NCBI RefSeq assembly: GCF_902713615.1
Contig: NC_052157.1
Location: 155,668,671 to 155,732,670 of the forward strand
Source: Scyliorhinus canicula
Lineage: Eukaryota
Direction: 5' to 3'
Length of the DNA stretch: 64,000 bases
This document shows, in pieces, positions 1 to 11,836 of this stretch. Under the pieces are notes generated by a model that was not told where the DNA came from, made no database searches, and worked only from the letters and a program-made list of their open reading frames with translations. Position numbers and translations under genes: made by a program. Numbering within the stretch: the stretch's first letter is position 1; the number at the start of each line of letters is the position of its first letter.

Positions 1-80
1 CACAGTAAAACATTTGTTTCTCTTTTGCTGACAAAGGTATTCAATTTGCCAAAATCTCCAATTAGAGTTTTGGTGCTGTG

Positions 81-181
81 ACATTTGCCTAGAGGGATTG
101 TGTTGTAAATAATTTAAAAATTAGTAGGGGTAAATGTCTGTATGGAAAAACTCTTTCAATAAAAATTATTTAAAAAAAAAA
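81..181 (+). mobile_element. 5'-truncated retroposed insertion (L1-type 3' end) with poly(A) tail and 17-bp TSD
   Basis: AGAGTTTTGGTGCTGTG at 64-80 and 182-198 flanks 101 bp ending AATAAA...A-tail. Confidence 0.8.
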
Positions 182-390
182 AGAGTTTTGGTGCTGTGCA
201 GTGGATTGGCAACTAATGACATCCCAGTACTTACCAATACAATGGCTTCTTAACACTACAAAAGGGCTCATAGAATCCCTAATCAGGTACTGGCAAGTTA
301 TTTGAGGACAAAAGGAAATATCTGCACACTAGCCTGTGTTTTTTCTTGTCCTCTCTTGCACATTTCATTCATTCGTCACCTACTGACCAG

Positions 391-604
391 GTAACAGATG
401 TTCTGCGTGGTCTGTTCCCCTCAGTGATCAAGAACGAGGATATTGTGTCATTCAGGGATGACATTAGGACAGTGTACAGCCTATGCATTATCATTGGTGC
501 TGTTGAAGCAGGACTTCATCCTGTACGGTTTAACATACACTGTCTGTTGCCAGGCAACCTCTTCAAGGCCGTTCAGCTGAATGCACTTGTCACCAAAGCA
601 AAGG
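391..604 (+). CDS. Candidate internal exon of an unidentified upstream gene
   Basis: Pyrimidine-rich tract and CTGACCAG acceptor; open frame VTDVLRGLFPSVIK...NALVTKAK; strong donor AAGG|GTGAGT at 605; no repeat resemblance; no homolog recognised. Confidence 0.3.
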
Positions 605-744
605 GTGAGTGCCTTGCTTGCCGTCTGCTCGGGAGGGGGGAGGGGAGGGGGGGGGGTGAGGATGGGGATGTGGCCCTGGTATGTTTCACTCTTTCAAAGC
701 GGGTGAAACAGCCTTGAAATACTTACAGAATTCTATGATCTTTC

Positions 745-2340
745 CCGCTCACCTCATCCTCAAATCCTACTGCCCATATCCTAAGTCAGGCCCATCCCTG
801 AGCAGATGGTGCGCTCCCTGACGACAATTGGCTCCTGTTCCAGCCAAGCCTCAATTCTAAAATTCTCCCCATGCTCATGATCAAATCCCTCCATGGCCTT
901 AAACCCCCCCCCCCCCCCCCCCACCCAACTCCCCCCACTTGCTTATCTCGATAACCTCCTCCATACCCATCACCTGCCAGAGATCTCTGTGCACATCCAC
1001 CGCTTACCTCTTGTGCATCCCTGACTTTCATCCCGGACTCCTACATCAGACTCCTATTTATTGACTACAGCTCCGCCTTCAACGCCATAATCCCAGCCAA
1101 GCTCATATCAAAGCTCCTAAACCTAGGACTCGGCTCCTCACTCTGCAACTGGATCCTCAACTTCCTGACCCATGGACCACAATCAGTAAGGATCAACAAC
1201 AACACCACCTGATAGTCCTCAATACCGGGGCCCCGCGAGGCTGCGTACTTTGCCCCCTACTCCTATACTCCCTGTACACACACGACTGCGTGGCAAAACT
1301 TGGTTCCAACTCCATCTACAAGTTGGCTGACGATACGAGCATAGTGGGCCGGATCTCGAATAACGACGAGTCCGAATACAGGAAGGAGATAGAGAACCTA
1401 GTGGAGTGATGCAGCGACAACAATCTATCCCTCAATGCCAACAAAACTAAAGAGCTGGTCATTGCCTTCAGGAAGCAAAGTATCGTACACAGCTCTGTCA
1501 GCATCAACGGGGCCGAGGTGGTTGACAGCTTCAAATTCCTAGGGGTGCACATCTCCAAAAATCTGTTCTGGTCCACCCAAGGACCACCAAGAAAGCACAA
1601 CAGCGCCTATACGTCCTCAGGAAATACGGCATATCCACATTAACCCTTACCAACTTTGACAGATGCCCGATAGAAAGCATCCTATCTGGCTGCATCAGAG
1701 CCTGGGATGGCAACTGCTCGGCCCAGGACCGCAAGAAACTTCAGAGAGTCGTGAATACCGCCCAGTCCATCACACGAACATGCCTCCCATCCATTGACTC
1801 CATCTACACCTCCCGCTGCCTGGGGAAAGTGGGCAGCATAATCAAAGACCCCTCCCACCCGGCTTACTCACTCTTCCAACTTCTTCCATCGGGCAGGAAA
1901 TACAGAAGTCTGAGAACACGCACGAACAGACTCAAAAACAGCTTCTTCCCCACTGTTACCAGACTCCTAAATGACTCACTTATGGACTGACCTCATTAAC
2001 ACTACACCCTGTGTGCTTCATCCGATGCCAGCGTTATGTAATTACTTTGTGTACCTTGTGTTGCCCTATTATGTATTTTCTTTTATTTCCTTTTCTTTTC
2101 ATGTACTTAATGATCTGTTGAGCTGCTCGCAGAAAAATACTTTTAACTGTACCTCGGTAGACGTGACAATAAACACATCCAACCCTGAGCTCTAGAATTG
2201 CTCTTTAAATCCCTGTTCCCCTCCTCTAAGAAACTGTTTAAATCCCACCATTTTTGTCTCTTTATGTGGCTTGGCATCAAACCTTGTTTGATACTTGCTC
2301 GAGTAAAATGCCTTGAGACATTTTCCTATGTTGAAGGCAG
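745..2340 (+). mobile_element. Degraded L2-like LINE 3' region, split by a Rex/Babar insertion
   Basis: Similar to segments at 7200-7950 and 42670-43240 (aaattctc...caaatccctccatggcctt motif); resumes after ~2180. Confidence 0.5.
1034..2178 (+). mobile_element. Rex1/Babar-type LINE, 5'-truncated RT fragment
   Basis: Translates in pieces to [72 protein letters not shown]; ends GTGACAATAAA; stops and frameshifts present. Confidence 0.8.
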
Positions 2341-2584
2341 CAGGTTGTTGTGGAGGTTATATTGCTCCTTATTTAGCTGATTGCTTTCCTTCCTGGTGGG
2401 GTCAGTGATCCAGCGATCTGGGAACGAAGCAATTTCCACTTTAAACAATAATAATATAATAACAATAATAGCTTACTGTCACAAGTAGGCTTCAGTGAAG
2501 TTACTGTGAAAAGCCCTGTGTTAACATTGAGCTCACTAGGTTAGGTAGGGGACAGTTTGCTGCAGAATAAAGCAGCTTCTACCC

Positions 2585-2944
2585 TGTGGTGATCTTTGTG
2601 AGGGGTTTCCAGGAGGTAGACGTAGTGATCGCAAAGATACACTTAAGCTCTTCTTAAAGAATTAAACTAACTTTATTTTAACACTACTAAATGTGAGTTC
2701 GACACTTACTCCAAATAGCAAACATAGATATAAGAATTAAACTACACTCACTAACACCATCTATATCTATTAACTATAACAATTATATTTTCACTAACTC
2801 TGCAATACATTATGAATCTAATCTCCTCGAGCTCCATCCGAGTCTGACCCAGAAATCTGAGAGCCTGTCCCTTTAGCTCCCTCTTGTGGTTAAGTTTAAC
2901 ATAACATTAACTTTTTACCTGCTGTGGATTTGTACAATGTCACA
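2585..2944 (-). mobile_element. Solo LTR
   Basis: TGTGG...TCACA termini; perfect 5-bp TSD TACCC (2580-2584, 2945-2949); AATAAA on minus strand. Confidence 0.75.
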
Positions 2945-3096
2945 TACCCCTCCCTGCCTTAACAGTGCACATTGGGTCCAACCTCAGAGGGTTCGCAGCA
3001 CTGCACCAATTATTTCCACTTCTCACGTCAGCCATCCTAAGTCTGTCTGAGTGATGTTGCAAATTGATGCCAGAATTCTGCTGTCGGCTCAGTCTC

Positions 3097-3284
3097 ATGA
3101 AAATGAAATGAAAAATCGCTTATTGTCACGAGTAGGCTTCAAATGAAGTTACTGTGAAAAGCCCCTAGTCGCCACATTCTGGCACCTGTTCGGGGCGGCT
3201 GGTACAGGAATTGAACCGTGCTGCTGGCCTGCCTGGGTCTGCTTTCAAAGCCAGCGATTTAGCCCACTGTGCTAAACCAGCCCC
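3097..3284 (-). mobile_element. Short tRNA-derived SINE (GGGGCTGGTTTAGC head, (TTTCA)n tail)
   Basis: Near-identical copies at 4088-4248, 5791-5969, 12805-12977, 19067-19169, 24911-25087, 42277-42410, 51253-51427; B-box-like GGTTCRATTCC. Confidence 0.85.
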
Positions 3285-3829
3285 ATCAGGAACTGGGCGA
3301 AGAAGCTCATTTCACACAGCACCCCCACCAACCAGGGGACAGGTGAGACTTCCATCCCAGCTATCTGAATTGCATTTGAACCCTGGTCGCAGGAGGCAGG
3401 CCGGTTTTACTAAGTACCTTCCAGTTACTTTGAAGAAGGGGTTTGAGAAGATTCTTTGAAGGTGGGAAGGGGAGGTGAGGTAGGGCGGTTGAATAATCTG
3501 CCATTACCGTCACTGGAGGAACTCGTTGGAAGTACAGCACACCAGAGGCCGGTTGGGCTGAAGGGCATTGCAGGGAAAGGGTGGAACAAACCGTGGGAGG
3601 ATCTGAAGATCGGGATTCCAGAGCTGAGGAGCAAGGGGAGAGAGCTGAGCGACGTGTGCGGGACTTTGTGATTTTATCATGGGGCACCAGCCATGGAGAT
3701 CGGGATGAGTTACAGATTACACGGGTTTACCAGTACAAGCACGGGAAGTGTAATGAAGGCATCAATAAACTCTTCAGCGGCAGAGGAGGTGAGGTAGTGG
3801 CTGAACAATTGGTGGTTGGCGATGTGGAT

Positions 3830-4030
3830 GTCAGCCTCGGCTCAGTGGTAACGCTGACCTCGGAGTCGGAATGTTGTAGGCTCAAGCCCAACTTCAGGCA
3901 CTTGACCATATAACCTGGGCTGACGTCACTTTAATACTGAGAGGGTGTTGCATTATCAGAGGTGCTGACTTTAAGATAAAACATTAAACTGAGGCCCCAT
4001 CTGCCTTCTTAGGTAAGTGTATAACATCCC
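3830..4030 (+). mobile_element. Deu-domain SINE (SacSINE1/AmnSINE-like) fragment
   Basis: tRNA-like head followed by GGCTGAC...TACTGAGAGGGTGTTGCATTATCAGAGGTGCTG...TTAAACTGAGGCCCCATCTG, recognised as Deu-domain-like. Confidence 0.55.
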
Positions 4031-4439
4031 ATAAGAACGAGTAGGCCATTTGGCCCCTCGGGCCTATTCTGTCATTCAACGGGATCATGAATGAAATGAA
4101 ATGAAATGAAAATCGCTTATTGTCACGAGTAGGCTTCAATGAAGTTACTGTGAAAAGCCCCTAGTCGCCACATTCTGCCGCCTGTCCGGGGAGGCTGTTA
4201 CGGGAATCGAACCGTGCTGCTGGCCTGCCTTGGTCTGCTTTCAAAGCCAGAGATCATGGCTGATTTACCTCAACATCACCATGCCCTTGTCCCTTCATAT
4301 CATTTTTTAAACAAATTTCGAGAGCCCAATTCATTTTATCCAATTGAGGAGCAATTTACCGTGGCCAATCCACCTGCCCTGCACATCTTTTGGGTTGTGG
4401 GGGCGAAACCTAATGGAGTGTCGATTAATTTGTTCTTAA

Positions 4440-4860
4440 GGGCAGCACGGTAGCATTGTGGTTAGCGCAATTGCTTCACAGCTCCAGGGTCCCAGGTTCG
4501 ATTCCCGGCTTGGGTCACTGTCTGTCTGCACATCCTCCCCGTGTGTGCGTGGGTTTCCTCCGGGTGCTCCGGTTTCCTCCCACATTCCAAAGATGTGCAG
4601 GTTAGGTGGATTGGCCATGATAAATTGCCCTTAGTGTCCAAAATTGCCCTTAGTGTTGGGTGGGGTTACTGGGTTATCGGGATAGGGTGGAGGTGTTGAC
4701 CTTGGGTAGGGTGCTCTTTCCAAAAGTCGGTGCAGACTCGATAGGCCGAATGGCCTCCTTCTGCACTGTAAATTCTATGATAATCTATGATTAATCTAGG
4801 ACAAAGGTTCGGCACAACATCGTGGGCCGAAGGGCCTGTTCTGTGGTGTATTTTCTATGT
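4440..4860 (+). mobile_element. HE1-like tRNA-derived SINE with CR1-derived tail, nested in an opposite-strand SINE (~4305-4975)
   Basis: GGGCAGCACGGTAGC head, GGTTCGATTCCCGG B box, GGGCCGAAGGGCCTGTT...TTCTATG tail; host SINE resumes at 4861. Confidence 0.85.
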
Positions 4861-5269
4861 AAACACGGGGAGAATGTTCAAACTCCATACGGACAGTGAC
4901 CCAGAGCCGGGATTGAACCTGCGACCTCGGCACCGTGAGGCAGCAGTGCTAACCACTGCGCCATCGTACTGCCCCTCCCTTGATATCTTTAATAACTAGA
5001 AATCTATTGACTTCTGTCTTGAACGCACCCAATGATTGAGCTTCCAGGGCTCTCTGAGGTAGAGAATTCCAAAGATTCACTAAGAGTGAAGAAATTCCTC
5101 TTCATCTCAGTCCTAAATGCTGACCCCTTAATCCGGATGTGTGTCCCCAGTTCTAGACTCGTCAGTGCAGCTTGGAAAATTCCTTCCTGCATCAACCCTG
5201 TCGAGCTCTGTAAGAATTTTGTATTCTTCAATGAGATTTGAAGAACAGCAACGGAGTTATTAGCATTAT

Positions 5270-5530
5270 TGTTTCAGGTTCCTGGGTTCGATTCCCGGCT
5301 TGGGTCACTGTGCGGAGTCTGCACGTTCTCCCTGTGTCTGCGTGGGTTTCCTCCGGGTGCTCCGGTTTCCTCCCACAGTCAAAAGACGTGCTGGTTAGGT
5401 GAATTGGACATTCTGAATTCTCCCTCTGTGTACCCGAACAGGCGCCGGAATGTGGCGGCTAGGGGCGTTTCACAGTTACTTCATTGCAGTGTTAATGCAA
5501 GCCTACTTGTGACATTAATATAGATTGTTA
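5270..5530 (+). mobile_element. Composite SINE (HE1-like head, GGCGCCGGAATGTGGCG...GTGACA tail)
   Basis: Same type at 18795-19200 (-), 19990-20305 (+), 21845-22130 (-), 35185-35467 (-). Confidence 0.8.
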
Positions 5531-6223
5531 TAACCATATCCTGGCCAATATCTATCTCTCAACCAGTTTCACTAAAGCAGATTATTTGGCCTTTTATTTC
5601 ATTGCTGTTGGTGGAGATCTTGCTGTTGCAGCTCCCTACGTTACAAGAGTGGTGACGCTTTCAATGTATTTACTTGGCTGAGGTGGGCTTTGGGCGGTCT
5701 CGAGGTTGAAAGTAAGTCCATCTTTTTTCTTATCTGGGGTCCGAAGCTAGTCAATCAGTTTGTGATTTGGGTGCAGTCTGAACAAGCAACTGAAAAATGA
5801 AAAATGAAATGAATGTCGCTTATTGTCACAAGTAGGCTTCAATGAAGTTACTGTGAAAAGCCCCTAGTCGCCACATTCCGGCGCCTGGTACGGGAATCAA
5901 ACCATGCTGCTGGCCTGCTTGGTCTGCTTTAAAAGCCAGCGATTTAGCCCAGTGAGCTAAACCAGCCCCGAAACAAAGTGGAATTGACGTCCTCGATGTG
6001 CAGTTATATCATAACTTCATTGCATTTTCATTAGTAATTCCATAGACCTTACGACTCTGTGATAAGGTGCGACACATTATACTAATCAACCTCAACATTA
6101 TAGTTAAGAGTTAATTAAAAATCAGGCTTTCTCTAAAACTATAAATCAAATAATCTGTTCTAATACACAAATGGTAATATATACGAATAAAGATGGTATG
6201 AAATAAATTAAGCTAATTAGACT

Positions 6224-6463
6224 GAATCTGAAACGAAAGAGAAAACGCTGGAAAATCTCAGCAGGTCTGGCAGCATCTGTAGGGAGAGAAAAGAGCTAAC
6301 GTTTCGAGCCTGATGACTCTTTGACAAAGCTTTGACAAAGAGTCATCAGGCTCGAAACATTGGCTCTTTTCTCTCCCTACAGATGCTGCCAGACCTGCTG
6401 AGATTTTCCAGCATTTTCCCTTTCGTTTCAGATTCCAGCATCCGCAGTAATTTGCTTTTATTT
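6224..6463. mobile_element. Penelope-like inverted (fold-back) pseudo-LTR
   Basis: ~212-bp near-perfect palindrome 6224-6435 plus unpaired extension; GACTGAATCTG repeated at 6220-6230 and 6464-6474. Related fragments at ~10660, 18530, 32250, 34050, 60120. Confidence 0.65.
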
Positions 6464-6569
6464 GACTGAATCTGGAAATTGTCTTCTATATTCTCATTTC
6501 CAAATTGTCAAGACTGCTTGTCCAACATCCAATACTGGATGAGCAGCAGTTCTTCCCATTTTTTTTGGG

Positions 6570-6900
6570 GGGAGGCCGTGGTTTGGTGGTATTGTCACCA
6601 GATTAGTAATCCAGAGACCCAGGGTAGTGCTCTGGGATCCCAGGTTCAAATCCCACCACAGCAGATCAAAATCAGGAACTAAACATGACCATGAACCCAT
6701 TGTCTTAAAATCCCATCAGATTGACAAATTGCCTTTAGGGAAGGGAAGCTGCCAACCCTGGTCGGGCCTACATGTGAGTCCTGACTCTTAAAATGTCCTC
6801 TGAAATGGCCAAGCCAGCCACTCAGTTGAAGGACAGGGATGGACAATAAACGCTGGACCAGCCGCGCACATCCACATCCCATCAATGAATATTTTTTAAA
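6570..6900 (+). mobile_element. Older tRNA-type SINE sharing a 3' tail with the LINE fragments at 40630-41120 and 58150-58875
   Basis: GGTTCAAATCCCACC box; tail GGGATGGACAATAAA...CCACATCCC; second copy ~20310-20910. Confidence 0.6.
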
Positions 6901-7329
6901 TGTTGGAAATATCAAAGCCTTTCTATTCAGTGCCCAAACCACCAAGTCCATTCCTCTCCTTGGCAACTGTGTGAGACTGAACCAGACTGTTTGCAACATC
7001 GGTGTCAGGATTGGCTTGGAGATGAGCTTGACGACTGCTTATTCACGCCTTCACTAAGATTGCCCATTTATACATCTGTAACATCGCCGTTCCTACCCTG
7101 CTTCAACTCACCAGCTGCTGAAATGTTCATCCATATCCTTACTTCTCGACTTGACTATTCTGACACAGGCACCTGGCCTCCCAACTTCCATGCTCCGTAA
7201 CACTAATGTCATCCAAAAATCCACTGCCCATATCACATCAAGTCCCATTTACCCATCACCCCTGTGCTCACTGTTGCATTGGTTCCCAGATAAGGAACGC
7301 CTCGATTTTAACATTCTCATACTTGTTTC

Positions 7330-7610
7330 CATAGAACCATAGAATTCCTCCGGTGCAGAAGTAGGCCATTCAGCCCATTGAGTCAGCTCCCACCCTCTGA
7401 AAGAGCCCTACCGAGGCCGACTCCCTGCCCTATACTCATAACTCCACCTAACCTGCACATCTTTGGACTGCGGGAGGAAACCGGAGCACCCGGAGGAAAC
7501 CCACTCAGACAGGGGGAGGATGTGCAAACTCCGCACAGTCAGTCATCCAAGGCCGGAATCGAACCCTGGCGCTGTGAGGCAGCAGCGCTAACAACTGTGC
7601 CACTGTGCCA
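7330..7610 (-). mobile_element. HE1-like SINE inserted into an L2-like remnant
   Basis: Reverse copy with CATAGAA tail and GGAGGAAACCGGAGCACCCGGAGGAAACCCAC core. Confidence 0.75.
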
Positions 7611-7962
7611 CCTTCCAAATCCTTCCATGGCCTCACCCCCCCCCCCCCCCCCCCCGTCTCTATAATCTCCTGCAGCCCTGCAACTTTCGCAGATATTTGC
7701 ACTCCTCCAATTCGCTTCCATTGTGCATCCCGATTATAATTGCTCCATTATTGTCTGCTCTTCCCTTAGTTGCCCGGGTTGTGGGATACCCTCCCTAAAT
7801 CTCTTCACTTCTCTACATATCTTTCTTCCTTTAAAATGCTCCTTAAAGGCAACCGCTGATCAAGCTTTTACCCATATTTCCTGAAGTGGTTTTATGTCAA
7901 ATTGTGTTTGGTACCGCCCTGTGAAGTGCTTTGCTGCTATTTATTATTTTAATGCGAACAAT

Positions 7963-8365
7963 TGGTAAGATTTTAGGTGGGAGTGTTTGCAGTCTTAGCC
8001 AGGATAGTGGAGGAGGAGGTGGACCCGGACCCTTTGGTGGCGATATTTGGGGTTTCAGAGACGGCGGCAAATTTTACTGGCGTGGCGGTCGGCATCGCCA
8101 CCGGGGGTAGCGGCTTGGTTGGGTGATCTATGACTTCCAGCGGTTAGAGAAGATAAAGTATGAGTGAAGAGGCTCAGGTTTTGAGAAAAGGTGGGGGATG
8201 TGTGTGACTGTGTTTGAAGGGCTGTTTGTCGCAGATGGGGAAGGGGTGAAAATGGGTGAAAATCTGTACAGACTGGAGTTGACTGCTGGGAAGTATGTTT
8301 CCCAGAGTGTTTATTTGCTGTAACCTGTTTTGATACATGTTTGTAATAAAATACATTTTTAAAAA
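7963..8365 (+). mobile_element. L1/Tx1-like LINE 3' end
   Basis: Degenerate ORF2 C-terminus (RRQILLAWRSASPP...LEKIKYE) followed by AATAAA and A-rich end. Confidence 0.65.
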
Positions 8366-9142
8366 TTAAAATTATTTTGAAGGTGCTACATAGATACAAG
8401 TTGTTGGGTGAGTTTCTTTGAGTCATAAAGAGAGATGGCTACAGTGTAACTGCGACATTTTGCTCAGTGTAACAGTGTAAATGGGCACGTTTTATGCAAA
8501 ATTGAAATGTGGCTTCTACATATCCACCCTGATGTGAGCAATGAAGATAACGTGAGTTAGAACAGCACCTGCACTGATTGTCCAATCGGATTTTCCGGAC
8601 ATAGGAAAAGAAAGAATTTTATAAAGCGCTTTGTCACATTTGTCAGGAAGTGCTGATGTAAGCAAATGTAGCAGCCATTGCTGCACACAGCATGACTGAG
8701 GTCAACAGCTCTGAAATGACCGATTAGTTACATGGTTTCTGGTTATATTTACTGAGGAAAATTTAGAGAGGAAAGTTTGCCGGAAAACCATCCCTTAACG
8801 GCACAAGATCGGGATTGTTCACGTGGGCAGTTTAAACTGGGCCTCTGTTTGATAGCTCGTCTAGAAGCTGGCATCTTCCGGTGATGAGGCTGTGCTTGAT
8901 TCAGTACTGCACTGTCAGCAGTAGGTGCTGATGTCCTCTCCAGGTTGGAGGGTTCTGTTTTGTTATACTCTTGACGTAGCATAAGCTGCTTCCATGATGT
9001 GCACTCTGACCACAGAAGGTTCAGACTTGGAGGTAGCTTTAAAACTGTTAACGATTCTCCTACTTGGATTTGACTCTCCTATTAATCCTGCCATAGCTAC
9101 TCAGACTGACGAGCCAGTCTGCTACAATCCACGTGGTGGGTG

Positions 9143-9421
9143 TGATGTGTTCCAAATCAACCTTGTGTACTCACGAAGAGTCTCCACTGGAAAGAGGAAG
9201 ATCATATGCGCTGTGTCCTTTATATATGGGTTGGTGTAATGCCCTCCTGTGGTAGTGTCACCTCTGTGTGTGTCTTGAATGCCCATTGGTCGTGTCCTAT
9301 CTTACTGGCCTATTGGTTGAATGCCTGTGCGGCATGTCTCCGGTGCTCCCTCTAGTGTCTATCTAGTCTATGTGTATTTACATTAACCCCTTGTGTATTT
9401 ACAGTGATGCATATCACCACA
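9143..9421 (-). mobile_element. Probable solo LTR
   Basis: TGATG...ATCACCACA termini resembling the other LTRs here; TATATAAA on minus strand; TSD poorly preserved. Confidence 0.5.
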
Positions 9422-9424
9422 GGT

Positions 9425-9770
9425 TAGAACATAGAACATAGAACAGTACAGCACAGAACATGCCCTTCGGCCCTCGATGTTGTGCCGAGCAATGATCACC
9501 CTACTCAAACCCACGTATCCACCCTATACCCGTAACCCAACAACCCCCCCCTTAACCTTACTTTTTAGGACACTACGGGCAATTTAGCATGGCCAATCCA
9601 CCTAACCCGCACATCTTTGGACTGTGGGGGGAAACCGGAGCCTCCGGAGGAAACCCACATAGACACGGGGAGGACGTGCAGACTCCGCACAGACAGTCAC
9701 CCAAGCCGGGAATCGAACCCGGGACCCTGGAGCTGTGAAGCATTTATGCAAACCACCATGCTACCGTGCT
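9425..9770 (-). mobile_element. HE1-like SINE
   Basis: (CATAGAA)n tail; head ends GCTACCGTGCT; reverse complement of the copy at 37339-37690. Confidence 0.85.
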
Positions 9771-9789
9771 ACGGTTCTGGGTTAGTTTT

Positions 9790-10200
9790 CCATTCCAGAG
9801 GCCTGGGCACAAGGCTGACGCTCCAGTGCGTTCCTGAGGGAATGCTGCACTGTCAGGGGTGCAGGGATGTTTGTGACCGTGTTTGAGGAGCTGTTCGTTG
9901 TGGGGGAGGGGGGGGGGGGGTGAAAATGGATGTTAGACCCAGGTCCCGTCTGTCCCTGTCAGTTGGAAGTAAAAGATCCCAAGATGTTATTGAAAGAAGA
10001 GCAAGGAGAGGTATCCGTGCGCTTCTGAGCCAACGTGTGCCTCTCAACCAACGTCAATCAAACAGATTCTCTGGTTCCTGCTGTTTGTGGAGTCCGCTTC
10101 CCATTGCCTACATCACAACAGTTACTACTCTTCCAAAAGTACTTCCTCGGCTGGAAAGCGCATTGGGACATGGTGAGGTTGTTGTGAAGGGCAATATATA
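9790..10200 (+). mobile_element. Deu-domain SINE fragment
   Basis: GGCTGACGCTCCAGTGCGTTCCTGAGGGAATGCTGCACTGTCAGGGGTGC, and a tail similar to 5540-5720. Confidence 0.55.
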
Positions 10201-10754
10201 TTTTTCTTTCATCCTGATGTGGAATATCAGGCTAGGTTACATTTTTCTTTCCTGGATGTATCCATTTCTCATTCCGAGGTATGAATTCTAATAATTGAGC
10301 CATGCCGATACAAGGAATTACCTCAGGGATTCTTTTTAAAAACTGGGTTGAGTTATTTGGTATGAAATCTCAGTGCTTCTTTTGAACTGAGGTTGACTCT
10401 TTTTATCTTCAAACTGTTTTATTGTAGCATAAACAGTAATGCATTTCTCCCAAACAGCAGAAGCTTCTGGAAGCAGATTTGAGCTCCTGTCAATTGAAGT
10501 ATGCGACCTGTGTGTGGTGTGATTGAGTGTCGTGCTGAAGAACCTACAGTTACCCTTTAACCAAGATATGATGTACCAGAGTTTATTTGCTCGTATAATG
10601 TACGTTCCCGTTCATTTGAGAAATTTAGCAAATGCCGCCCTGTCAAGACTCTGAGGTAAAAGCTGCAGGTTGCTGCAAGTCTGAAATAAAACAGAAATAA
10701 AACTGGAAATATTCAGCGGTTGTGGAGAGAGGGAAGCAGAGGACACAGCAAAGT

Positions 10755-11390
10755 CCCCGAGCGAGGGCTTTTAGCCGCGTGTTTCCCGGCTTGCAGTGAA
10801 TTGCTTTGAGTAAGGGGCCTGCTCCACTCTCCCCCACCCCCTGCACCCCCAAAAGGCAACCCCGGCCCGATCGCACGCGTGCAAAAAATGCCAAGCTGAT
10901 ACCCTGGCAATGCCACCCGGTTACCCTGGCAGTGTCAGCCTGGCAGGGGCATTGACAGGGTACCCAGGTGGCAGCAGCAGTGCCAGGGCACCACCCTGCC
11001 CAAAGGGCATGCAGCTGGGGGGGGGGGGCGACGATTCCCTTGCGGACCCCCCCACGAGTGCCGTTCTGTCTGGTCCCCCGTTTGTGGGGAGCAGTGCTAA
11101 ACAGCGCTCGCCCGAGGTTTCCGAGGCAAAGGGATTGAATCCCAAAACCTCAGGTACCTTGGGAATCTGCACCTGAGATTGAGGCTGACAGCCTCGCTGT
11201 AATGTGCAGATTTGCCAAAAGGTGATCCTGCCCTTTGTGGGCGAGATTCTCCTTGCAACGTCATGTGAGATCGCGTTGAATCCCGCGATGCATTGTGAGC
11301 CGGGCAGATCCCGGGAACGGGGTCTCCCGGCATTCCCTGGCCATGCTGCGAGCTGGTTTTCCTGCACAGCGCGGCCGGAGTACAGCTGAG
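10755..11390. mobile_element. CpG-rich non-autonomous DNA-transposon-like remnant
   Basis: Locally high CpG, internal inverted segments (CCCTGGCA/TGCCAGGG); ends not clearly defined. Confidence 0.35.
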
Positions 11391-11604
11391 GGGTCAGTCC
11401 CCTCAGAGTTGGTTGACTTGGCCTTATTCCTTGCAGGACATCTTTTACCTCCTCACCAGAGTTTTCATAATCACAACCTTTTTCTCCAATTAATCACGCA
11501 GACTGACATGATTCGTGCTTTCCAGATTTCAATTGTTCATCCTGACTTTCAGAGTACATTATTGGCTCAATGGATTTCCTGCTTACAGTTAACAGATATG
11601 GTGG

Positions 11605-11836
11605 CAGGGTAGCACGTTGGCGCAGTGGGTTAGCCCTGCTGCCTCACGGCGCCGAGGTCCCAGGTTCGATCCCGGCTCTGGGTCACTGTCCATGTGGAGT
11701 TTGCACATTCTCCCCGTGTTTGCGTGGGTCCCACCCCCACAGCCCAAAAGATGTGCAAGGTAGGTGGATTGAACATGCTAAATTGCCCCTTAATTGGAAA
11801 CGAATGAGTTGGGCACTCTAAATTTTATTTTTTTTA
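11605..11836 (+). mobile_element. Short HE1-head SINE with T-rich end
   Basis: GGTTCGATCCCGG B box; ends GGGCACTCTAAATTTTATTTTT; related copies at ~4305-4975, ~21760-22290, 38900-39105. Confidence 0.75.

Noticed and set aside
3425-3790. Possible further exons of the upstream gene (VTLKKGFEKIL*, GKGWNKPW..., ITRVYQYK...)
   Set aside because: Sequence resembles a reverse-strand L2-like remnant; splice sites are probably fortuitous.
4440-4520. tRNA genes at SINE heads (here and in other copies)
   Set aside because: A/B boxes continue into SINE bodies and LINE-derived tails; no complete cloverleaf evident.
6305-6365. Hammerhead using CTGATGA at ~6310
   Set aside because: That CTGATGA is on the inverted arm and is not followed by stem II-GAAA; the expected core position reads TTGACAA, so an active ribozyme is not supported.
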